DNA from: Stylophora pistillata
Taxonomy: Eukaryota
DNA: 63,829 bases
Assembly (NCBI RefSeq): GCF_002571385.2
Contig: NW_019217982.1
Location: 47,715 to 111,543 of the forward strand
Reading direction: 5' to 3'
Shown: positions 1 to 11,300 of the stretch, piece after piece
Numbering within the stretch: position 1 is the stretch's first letter
How the letters are laid out: the number at the start of each line of letters is the position of its first letter
Notes under the pieces: generated by a model
Told to the model about the DNA's origin: nothing
Seen by the model: the letters and a program-made list of their open reading frames with translations, nothing else
The model's database searches: none
Translations under genes and position numbers: made by a program

Positions 1-612
1 ATTTTTGTTCGTATATAACATCATGATTTGATTTGTTTTGATGACACGATATTGCCATTCCCCGCGCTGACTCGAAGGCGAGGTTGGACTTTAAGAGAAA
101 CGATTACCTATAACTGAAAAAACTGGTTGCATTTGAGACATTTGTTCCAACAACGGAAAAAAAATGAAGAAGTGCAGTACTTCAAGAACTCATTTGAAAT
201 AGGATTTTGTAGGGTTGGTCCATGCAGGACATATCAAGGTAGTCCATTTGGGTAGTCCATCGGGGTAGTCCATGGACTAGGGCTCAGTGTTTTGTCCATC
301 AACCTTTATCTCGAGCGTTTCTTCGTCCGCGGGAGCATGAGGTCTTGAGCAAAACGAGTTGGCGAAAGGTCAGCAAGGGGTCTGGTACTGATAATAGTGC
401 CAGACCTCCAGTAAACCTCTCCTGGACTCGTCTCAAATCCTCCTGGGGACAGAAAAAGGCACGGAGGGCCTGCTCAGGCTACTACAAATTTGCATCTATA
501 ATCGTATAAATCTTAGCCGTACAACTTTAGCGCGATGCTTAATCATTTGTTTATGTAATCTCAATTTATTGAGAAGCAATGAGAAAAACTGAGTTATAAG
601 TTTTTGTTCAAG

Positions 613-2438
613 GGACTTCCTGGATTCAAGAAATTGCCTGGCAGATTTATCACAATGGAGAAACCAGCAGTGCAAAAATGCAAGACGGCGTCCCATTTGT
701 GGAAGACGCAGCGAACCCAAATTCAACTCAGCCTGACATAAAAACCTTACCAAGCCCTCGTCTTCTTAAGACCCACCTCTCTTACGAAGCTATCCCTAAA
801 GCTACAAACAAGGACGCAAACTGTAAATATATTTACATTGCTCGTAATCCCAAAGATGCTGCAGTGTCAAGCTATAAATTTATTAAAAGCTTTGGATCTG
901 GTACAGGATTGAGTGCCCCATGGGAGTATTACGTGAAGCTTTTTATTGAAGGCAAAAGTAAGAGAATGAACCATTACAATTTTTCTGATAATGATTAGTT
1001 ATTACTGTATTGTAAAACCTAATACCTAGTAAAACATACTAGGGACCTCACAATAATTAAAGCCCCCTAGATAATCGTAGTACATTTTCTGCCGGCTGTT
1101 ATTACTGGCATGTTAGTTTAATATTTTAACCTCGATGTGTTTATTATGATGAGCAAACCAAAAGTACCCTTATGCTTGGGTTACCAGTTTTTCAGTTGGC
1201 TATAAGTTCAAGAATCATATCATACTGGTAAGAGGCAAGTACTCTCATCCATGTGTCTTTGCTCCTGCGGGAGACAAGCTCCCGGAAAAGTCCTTCTCCT
1301 TTCAGGATTTTGCAATTTCCCCCTGATAGTTTGGGTGGAAGGATGTTCTGGAAGAGTGTCTTGCCTGAGAACATAACGTAATGACGGAGCCTGGTATTGA
1401 CCCTTTCAATGCCAACAAACTCCAGAGCACTAATACCAGTAATGAGGCCACTGTATCTCCCGCATGCGGAGGGCAAATACAAAATATGCGATTTGGTCAA
1501 TCAAGATAGAAAACATTTTTTTTTTGAGAAATTACCTTCAGTATCATTTATCTGTCTTTTATTTCAATTCATTACTTAGCCATGTGGAACCACTGGAATG
1601 ATCATGTTCTTGGATGGTGGGAGCACAAAAATGCTTTCAATGTTCTGTTCCTTAAATATGAAGACCTTCAAAAGGTATGATCATTAAAACTATGTTTACC
1701 TCTCATACTTCTAGTTAATGACTCGTTTATTGGCAATGACAGTGACGAGACATTGGCGGAGATAGTGACGATGACATTGACATTGAAAATAACAACGACA
1801 ACCACAAGCACATTGACTAACGACAATGACAATGACAATGAAAGTGGCAGTCGTAATGGCAGTGGCAGTGACAGTGGCAGTAGAGTGGCAGGGACAGTGA
1901 CAGTTGCAGTGCCAATGGAAGAGGCAATGCCAGTGGGAGCTGTGTATAACCTGCAGGCTATCTTGATAGCAGGGAAGGGGTGTTTATATAATCGCACAAT
2001 GATTCTTTGAGAGAGAGTTTTAGAATTCCCAGTCAATATAATTTGTTTCTATGCTCCCGCCTGTATGGATAGGGATAATCACTACTAAAGTAGATCATGA
2101 GATACTAAGAATATGTGTTATAGACAGGTTGATAATAAATGAGTGATTTTATTTTCTAGGATCTCCTGTCCAACGTTCGAATAATTGCTGATTTCCTCAA
2201 CAAGCCTCTTCCAGATGATCTTGCCAAGCGCATTGCCGAGCAGTGCACTTTTAAAGGAATGATGGAAAACGTTCAAAGCTACTTGTTTGAAGATAAGGAA
2301 GATGGTCCAAGTCTTCTACAAAAGGGTGTGGTTGGTAATTGGAAGGAGCACTTCACCCCAGAGTTGAACGAGAGATTTGAGAAGGAAGTATTAGCAAAAT
2401 TGAAAGGATCTGGATTAGAGTTTGACTTTGAGTTATGA
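613..2438 (+). CDS. Cytosolic sulfotransferase (SULT1-like), last three coding exons; 5' exon(s) not located in the window
   Basis: Phase-consistent exons 613-957, 1580-1674, 2160-2438 (TGA). Translation has (G)TSWIQEI (end of 5'-PSB loop), PRLLKTH (catalytic His), YIARNPKDAAVS (3'-PB motif), WNDHVLGWW, LKYEDL and QKGVVGNWK. AATAAA at 2581. Confidence 0.93.
1735..1935. repeat. Degenerate hexamer microsatellite (GACAAT/GGCAGT) in a sulfotransferase intron
   Basis: Runs of gacaat, gacatt and ggcagt; explains the spurious low-complexity ORFs 1668-2036 and 1753-2010. Confidence 0.8.
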
Positions 2439-3074
2439 CACATCCTGAGTTTCTGTTTTGCAAAAGCGCTATGAAAATTACAGTTTGTTTTTGAACTGTC
2501 ATAAGTCGCATTCCATCCTAGTGATCAAAAGGAAGGTTCTGCACATGCAGATCGACGAGTCTTTCATGGAAAGATCATTTAATAAAAAGTCGATTTCAAC
2601 GGCAGACTACAAAGAAAACAGGACTGTACTATAAGGCAGTGGATTTTAACACGTCCAGAAAACGGTCAAAGAGGGTTTCCAGCTTTGCTTTTTTAAGCTG
2701 ATCTAAGAATCCAACGTTTGACAAAAGAATAAACGATAGACTGTCAAAGGATGACGACAGTTTACTTGGCCAACCATAAGTTTTGGTTACGGTTGATAAA
2801 GGAAATTCACTGAAATCATCGATGTATAAAATTTCCAAATTTTTGTTATGAATTCCTTATTTTAGCGTTGTTCAGAATTGGCAAGTTGCAACTAAGCTAC
2901 ATAAACTGTTCTTAACTCAAGTTTACAATTAATTGGCACCAGAATGGATACTTATAGTGGATGAGGACGCTATTCACCAAATTCCTCAGCTGAGTAGCAA
3001 TAATTTAACTTGACTTCACCCTAGAAAACATAGAATCTATTCTAAATGTTGTGCTGCGTAGCAGTAAGAACACA

Positions 3075-3179
3075 AATGATGGAACAGAGAATTAACTCTG
3101 AAGCGTAAATTAAAGTGGTAAGTGAAACCTACTTAGCACTTCAATTTACGCTTCAGAGTTAATTCTCTGTTCCATCATT
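3075..3179. repeat. Near-perfect inverted repeat: 49-bp arms, 7-nt loop
   Basis: 3075-3123 is the reverse complement of 3131-3179 with 2 mismatches; loop gaaacct. Confidence 0.92.
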
Positions 3180-4008
3180 GAATCTATTCTGTTTACTTCA
3201 CCAATCATATTTTTGAACTTATAACCTACCACTTCAATTTGTTACTGATTTTTAATCTCATAGAAAGTCTCTGTTAGTGCCTTTATTCTCTTTACAACAT
3301 TTCATAAAGAATTAGAATGACAAAAAATGGCTGAGTCGGTGCTTTCTGCTATAACAACATTTATAAAAGCTAACTGGTATTATGTTTAAATCACATCTGC
3401 ATAGCGAACCATCCTTGCCAAAGAAAAGTTGTTGAAAATGTCACTTCATGAACAGCCCTTTCTTTTTAGCCATCAATTCATTTGATATATATTGCTATTA
3501 CATAAGACGGAAGAAAGCTGCTACTTATATTCACACAGTCTTTGTAATTATTTTGGTACTCTATAACAACTATTATATTTACTGCTGCTTTCATAAAATA
3601 AAGGTGGGTTAAATTCAACTCGATCGTAGTTACCACTATGACGTTATACAAAATAAACATCTTATCCAGATTATGGAACATCTACTCGAGATAATTTTTC
3701 AGTTTAATACGTTTACCCGTGTTTCTTTGGTACACTGTTGAAGCTTAAATATTTATGTTGACCCTTCCAAGCCTCTATTCTGTGCCAGCTAAATCCTAAT
3801 TAATGCCCTGACATGAACTTGCAATACCATAATTATCTTGCACTAGACACTAGTACACTCTGCGGAACTATTTTTAAATGTGTAAGTGTAATTTGCTCTA
3901 AAACAGTGCAAAATGTACTTCTGATGGGGTAGCATGTTCCTTGAAAGAGTGCCCCTTGTCATGATCTCCATTCCTGATTATGACAAACACACAAAGTCTT
4001 TTCCTTAA

Positions 4009-5383
4009 GGTTACTTACCACCTTCAGAGGCCGAAACAATCGTTTTTTTCTTTTATTGCACCAGATTGATGTTAGAAATTTTACCTAGCGTTTACGAAAA
4101 GAAAAATTTAAAAATCTCAAAAGGCGTCCGACTTATTTAGGAAAATGTGTTTTCAAATAAAAGTTAATAAATTAGGAAAATGTCATAATCTCGTAAATGG
4201 ACGAACCCCTAGGGGAATATTCGCAGCAATTTCATGTTATTTGCATATTTATATTACCGCACACTTGACCATAGAAGTTCTCTACTGAAGGAAAGTCTTT
4301 TCCTCATGGATAAAAAACGTAAATATAAATAATATAAATTAGAGAGGAGTCATTGGGCAAAGATAAAGAAAAAAACAGGCCCAAAGATGAGAGAAATGGC
4401 ACCATTTTGTCAGGAAAAAACAGTTCTGGCACTCCTTTCCATGCTGGCATCCAAATTACGAACAAAGAAGGCACCAACAAATCTACATTTTTCGTACATA
4501 GGGTAAAAAACGGTTTCCTTTCAATAAGCAAGTAGGCAATCGCCTCAAATGGTATGAAATCATGAATATTCCTTAAGCTGTCTGTCGATTCGTTGTTTTG
4601 CTTTTCGGCAGTTTCCTTTTTCGCCGGAGGTTTTTCCTCTACTAACTTTGCCCATTACTTAACGTTCAACACAGCGAGATAAAGAATACTTGACAACTAT
4701 GCGATACTTTTCCCGGGAAAATCTTGATCCATTGTCATTGACATTAGGAGGTCCCCTCTTCCAGTATTGGTTCGCGGTTTTAGGAGGCGAGATGCCTAAA
4801 AAATGCCTAAAAAATGCCTAAATGGTGTGGCGCTATCTGTTTACAAACCTTAGGAGCTAAAATTTCGCTTATGATTTTGAGAGGAATACATCCCCTTTGA
4901 GCGAACTTATAGGGTATGTAGATTTGACCGAGTTTCGTGAAATTTCGAAAAACATTCCAGGGATAATGACCAACGAGAGTACGTCAGAGAATTTTGATAT
5001 TGAAATATTTGCAAATGGTGTCCTTTACGCCACACGTTTCGCATATTTTACGCTGCTCCAACTTTAAATGCAGATATTTAGACAACCAATCAGAACATCG
5101 GAAAAGCCTGACACACTTTCGTTGGTTGATGCCTTCTAAAGAAGACTGTACAGCCATTTTGCTCGTGCTGCGGGATCTGATACCCGATAAATTCAACAGA
5201 AGGTCGTTTTACACCTTACCGGCTCCTGACACTCCCTAAATGAAAAAAACGCCTAAATTATATTTTTATGGTAAACTGCATTTATGAAGCTTTCTTGTGA
5301 TGTATAGCTTGTTAGGGTTTTCTCGAAACTAGCGCACGTACGAGTTTTTTCTCGAATGATACCCGCGAAGGTGGGAAGTAACC
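4009..5383. mobile_element. Non-autonomous DNA transposon, Kolobok-like (TTAA TSD, GG...CC termini)
   Basis: TTAA at 4005-4008 and 5384-5387. 17-bp TIRs GGTTACTT(A/C)CCACCTTC at 4009-4025 and 5367-5383 (1 mismatch). Purine-purine start favours Kolobok over piggyBac. No transposase ORF. Confidence 0.8.
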
Positions 5384-8300
5384 TTAATGTGGATATTTTC
5401 GTTTACGGCTGCTTTTACGGACTTTGCCATGAGTCCATCTTCTAGGTGGAGCAGAGAGACAACCAGATAAAGACTCCGTTACCGAGTAATGGCCCATGGC
5501 ACCAAACGAAAATGGTGCTGGACCGGATGAGTCATCAGGATCCATCCAAATAAGGTTACAATTGTTTTGCTTCACAAAGCAGTCCAACATATTTGTGATC
5601 CTTGGGTCTTTCCGGTGGCGAGAGTTCACCACAATGCACTCAACATTCTCAGATAGGCTGACTGGTCCGTGAATTTGAACCTTTCGTGAAGATATCGACT
5701 CAAATATAAGAAACCTAGTGGGTTAGTTATCAGTTCTAGCTCAGTTTGAGTTCGTGCTAGGGACCAAGAAGACTGACGAAATGATATATACAAACGTTTG
5801 AAATCAACTATCATGGAAAAAACAACAAAAACAATAACAAAAGTTAAAACAAAACAAAACATGAAGAGAAAACAAACAAAACATATTGATTTTTGAGGAG
5901 GGACGAAAATTTACAAATTTATGGCCCTCGGAGGTTCTGTGAATTCAACCCAGGCTGCAAAGGCAAGATTCGAGCATTTTCATCGCATACAAATCGATTC
6001 CTTACGATAACTTGTTTTCCTCGCTTCACATATTCAACAAGTTCAAAATGGCACATTGTTGTAGGTGAAGGCACTGTCCAGCTTATAAAAGAACATCTAA
6101 TGCCGAGATTCCAGCAGAAAATACTTTCATTATGACCAACAACAAAACGGAACATTTAACACGGAACAGAGTACAAAATCCTTTTACCTCTTTGTACTGT
6201 GAGATACAGTCTGATCGATGAAATGGAACCTTTCCAGTGGCTACATCCATAATCTGGGGAATTGGAGAGAAGTGGTTGACAATTTTGTCATACATAGAAC
6301 ATGCAGACGTTTGTCGTATATCTTGACTCTAATAATGACTTCCACTACGGTCGTCGAGGTGTCAGTCACTAGTACCAATTTCAGTCCTTCTCTGGACTAC
6401 TCTGGGCTGAACGATCACAAAACACAATAAAATGGAAAATGCTGGCACAAAAAATTCGTAATCAATGAAAAGAACGAGTAAAGGAGACAGAAAAATAGGA
6501 GCAAGCAGAATAAAATATCATATTAATATCATTCACCGCAGTTATCTCCATGTCTGTGTATGCAAAGAGGACGTTTTCATAATGTTCACAACACGACAGT
6601 TTGACCCCTTCACCAGATGTGTCCATAGAAGCGAACGTGGTGCGAAGACGAACTTTTTTGAGCTAAAGCAAAACAGATAGGATAATTTTAAAATAAACCT
6701 CTCCCACTTATTAGGTGACATTTACACATGCATAAACCTCTCTCACTTGTTCGGTGACATTTACACATGCATAAACCTCTCCCACTTGTTTGGTGACATT
6801 TACACATGCATAAACCTCTCCCACTTGTTTGGTGACATTTACACATGCATAAACCTCTCCCACTTGTTTGGTGACATTTACACATGCATAAACCTCTCCC
6901 ACTTGTTTGGTGACATTTACACATGCATAAACCTCTCCCACTTATTTGGTGACATTTACACATGCATTAGGTGATGTACTTATTGACTATGTGGGAGGGC
7001 CGAACTAAAATAAAAATATTTGGCTCGAGGTCATGACGCACTATGCCAGAGTAACAACTGCCATTTCCCCCCCAAAGATTGACAAAGGCTTGGGACATAG
7101 AATCAATCTGAGTCCCTTATGAGGATTCGAACCTCCAGCAGTCCGTCCAAATAGAGCCTCCCCAGCGGAATAAAGAGTTTTGTGCGCTCCACTCGGTGCT
7201 TGTTTATTTGCTACGTCCCGAGGAAAGGTGCAGTGGCAAGGCCCATTCCTTCGTTCTCACTCTCTGGTTACTGGCTGTGAATAGCAGAGGACTGTGTCTG
7301 TTTTCAAGCAGGGATTGTATGTCTCTATGTCTAAGATACTTTTGACATTCTGGTGGAACTTGGTGAGGATTCAAACCTAAAACGTTTGAATATCAACATC
7401 AAACGCTCTGCTCGACCTGGTGAGGACTCAAAACTCACAATTTTGAATATCAACATCAAGTGCTAGACCAGCCGAGCAAAGAGAAACTCTTTAAATCAAC
7501 CTGGTGAGGATTCAAACCTCATTCTCTTCAATTTCCCTTTCAAATGTTCTACCAGCTGAGCCTAAAAAAGGCACTGAGTCGACTTCCGTGAGGATTCAAA
7601 CCTCGCTCTATTACATTTTGCTAAAAATGTTCAACAAGCTGAACAAAAAAATTCAATGGAATGGCCACTGATAAGTGAATTAGCTTTTTGTCGACCATGT
7701 AAGCGTTGTTAGTTTTCTTAGAACCTCGGTTATGTCATTGATGTTCGGGGGCACGCGGACACTTTTGCGTCGTACATACTGATATATGATAAGTGTATCT
7801 CCATTGCGACAAGTTACTCCACAACTTGGTGGCTAGAACACTCTCCTACCTGGTATATTTTCTTTTATTAAATGGGCGATTTATAGTTTACTTGGTGAAA
7901 TTTCCTCACACAAAAGTATTCAAAAATGCTAACCTGTAGAAAAGAATCTCCATAAGGAAAACAGCTTCTCACACCACGAGGATCGCCAACTACAAAAGGC
8001 AAATAGCACAGATAAGAAGGTCTTCATACTCTCGCTTTCACAAGTATTCAGTACTCACAGCAATTTGATGAAAGAAAAATTAGTCCACTTTGGAAGAGAT
8101 ATTAAAAAGTAATCAAGGTTTTCATTGGCTTTGTTCCTCCTGGCTTAATGATTGGTTCCAACATCACACGCCACCTTTTTAACCAGTCAGAAACTGCACC
8201 TACGCGTGACTTGGTCACGTGCACTTTCCCGCGCTCGAAGATAGTTATGTGTATTAGCAATTGGCACGTTATGGCATTCCCTCGTGTTCCTCTGCTGAGC

Positions 8301-11300
8301 TGTTGTGACGCGGAATTTTATTCCAGTCTCACGACACTTAGTCGAAGACAACTCTGTTATAAAAATAATTTGGATATATCGACAAAGTTAAAATGGTAAA
8401 TTGCCCACCGTAACGATCACAAAAGCTGACGTTTCGAGCGTTAGCCCTTCGTCGGAGCGAAATAATTTGGCCATATCAACAAAGTTGAAATGGTAAATTG
8501 GCCACCGTAACGATTACAATATAAAAAGGTTGATACAAGTGAACAACATATATGCTCTCACGGTTGTTCGCGAAAGAGAAATCTTAGAGGGTGATCAGCC
8601 TTTCCCTTAAGGTAGATACTGGGTATTCTCTGGTGTCGAAATTCAAGGGATGGTCTCATGCTCACCGATATTGAGTACACCATACTTGACTCGCTCTGAC
8701 GGATTGCTGTAGTGATAAGCGCTGTTAAAAATACGATCCTAGGGGGCGAAGAAAAAGAAATATGAGAAGAAATATTTTGACGTTAAACTGGTTGAGAAGA
8801 TAGTGTTACCAGTACTCGACTGATTCTTGGAACTTTCAAAGTGACTCAAGATACCGTGAACCCTCTACAGAACTTGTCACTAAAGGTTAATAAAGGATGG
8901 CGAACGAAATAGAAATGCACTCAGACGCAAAAACGAGGAAACACCTCTAAAGCTTTTTGCAATGTTTGATTATTGCTCATATTCTCACCTCCCACGACTT
9001 CCTAGCCACTACGTCCGTGGAGCCCCCACTAGTGCCAGTCTCAAAGCGGTTTCGATAATGAGTATCGTCAACCAGGAACTTTAACACTCTGTCTAGATTG
9101 ATGTGAATGGTAATGGGTGCTGCACTGCGGACCCATTGCAGGGTTCTGCAAACCAAAAAATGCTTTGAATGCAAATAACAATACTGGCTGAGGTACAATT
9201 GCCAGTTTTTCGAAAGAGATTGCAAAGAAAATCTCGCTACTTTCGCACAGCGGTTGAGAACCAGCAACTGCGGAGATGGTGTCTTCTCTTGGAAAGGTGA
9301 AGCCCGAACAGGTGATTTGAATTTTCGAATATACTAGTAGAGAGTTTCTTCTTTAAATAAACAACTGCTCGTTTCAGGACCCATTTCTCTTGTACGGTTA
9401 CACTTCACGACCAAGGAAAATTGTCTATCAAGAGAACCAGCTCCTAAACTGCTGTCCAATTTACCGTTGTTGGTGGGACTAGCACTAACTTCTTCCAAAA
9501 CTGGTTAGTCAGTAGTATAATACTAACCTCTTTAAGTCATTTTCACTGTAACCCAAGCGCTTGACTCGTGCAAGTAAGGCGGAAGCAACTGTCTTGGAGT
9601 CCTGGGTAGAGCGTTTGATGACGTATTCTAAAGCTTCCCTTTGAGTTTCGTTCAAGATGGCCACTGACGAGATGGCACTTAACTGGAAGGAAGAAAATTC
9701 TTTCATAAAGTGATTTGGCTTTCAAACAAAGAAAACGATGTAGTAGTCTTGATTTATAATTTTGTCCCGTGCCATGCAGTACAGAGAAGATGCAGGAGAC
9801 AAAGCCTACGATTTATCTTCCTTATCCCAAAAGATTAGAATGTCAAGCCATTTGCAGACGTCATTGCAAAGGCAGCACATTCTCCTCAGTTATTGGTCCG
9901 GTCTAAGGGCTTACGTTTTCGAAAGTGAAAGTGAAAGTGAATGATTCGATACCTTAATAGCAGCATAGGCTGAATTGCTAAGGTCTACAGTGTTACTAAG
10001 GTTGAGATCGGATGTCAGCATTATCAGGCGCCTCTGGCAGCCGCGTTAGTCCATGTAACGACCTCACCTTTTCACCCCACACATCCCACCCCAGGGGAGG
10101 ACATCCATCACACAGTAATCTCGTGTGTGGGAAATTAACGTCTCCTACCCCTAACCCTGCAGGAGACGGGACCTCCATTAATTCGTCCTTGTCCGAGAAG
10201 ACTAGAATATCTATCCATTTCATTGATGTTATAGAAAGGTAGCAAATTCTCCTCAGTTATTTTAAGACCATGAGTATTGGTCCGGCCGGGGCTCGAACCC
10301 TCGACCTCCCGCACAACACAATCCGGCGCTCTAACCAATGGAGCTAACCAGGAGGCGGTTACTTACGACAGTCAGGCCTGGTTACTTACGTCCTAACAGT
10401 CAGATATCTAACTCACGTCATGTACAGAAGGTAAGAATCCTTCGAATCTCTCTCGTGGTCCTGAGATGTCTCCATCACACTTCTGAGCATGAATAATCAG
10501 TTTACTAACTGGAAAATCCTTAAAACAGTACATACACCTTTCCAAAGGATCCTCTCCTAATGATTGGCTGTTAGTTACATACTCCTACGAGAAGACATTT
10601 AGTCAAATCACAACAGAATTCTGAAGATTCAAGGAGAAGGGAAGGTCGCTCCTGCCACTGGCTGTCAAAGAGGTGTGGGTTGAAGAACCTTAATCAACAG
10701 CTGGGTTTGCCCATTTTCGCAAGTCACACTCAAATTTCAAACGATTTAAAATTTCACCAACCTGACTGCAATGGAGTGCTCTCTGCTCACAATTCGGTGC
10801 ATGGTCTATCAGTTCATTCAAAGGAAATGTCCTTAGACAGTAATAACACTGCTCCAGATCATTTGAATTCGCGGAGGTCTGAAGAAATTCATAAACAAAA
10901 AATCAAGACACTTACGTTTTGAGAAATTGCCTTAAATTGAATAGAGAAGTAGCCTGGATGTTCCCTTCCTCAAAAAGCGGAATAAAGTTTCAAAAGAAAA
11001 GAACCGGAACACCTCCTTAGTTGGAATTGGACTAAGTGATTGGTGTAAAATTTCCCTCTCAGTTTTGATTATAAATGTTTTTCTTCACTCATCTACTAAA
11101 AAAATCAACATTTTGGAGTATTTTGATTGTTATCCCGATGAGTTTAAACACAAGTGTTATTCTGTGCTCAATACATCCGCCAGGATACATGAATTGAAGG
11201 CAATTGAGGTGTTTTATCAGATTGGGGAAAATATTCTACAACTACTTAAAGTCTTCAGCAATAATTGCATATTTTTACTCTACCTGCTGAAGGCCTGAAC

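Noticed and set aside
1668-2036. Low-complexity ORFs on both strands
   Set aside because: Products of an intronic hexamer microsatellite.
6688-6974. Cys/His-rich repeat ORFs (MCKCHQTSGRGLC)n resembling a metallothionein, or a CRISPR-like array
   Set aside because: Head-to-tail 39-bp minisatellite with no unique spacers; open in several frames only because the unit is a multiple of 3; lies in an intron; no cas genes.
5384-9718. Bacterial contamination as the source of the DUF3626-like sequence
   Set aside because: Split by canonical spliceosomal introns that contain host-type SINEs and repeats.
10280-10359. Possible tRNA genes here and at about 22265-22335 and 60972-61025
   Set aside because: A and B boxes are present but acceptor and anticodon stems are not intact, and each continues into a SINE or repeat body.
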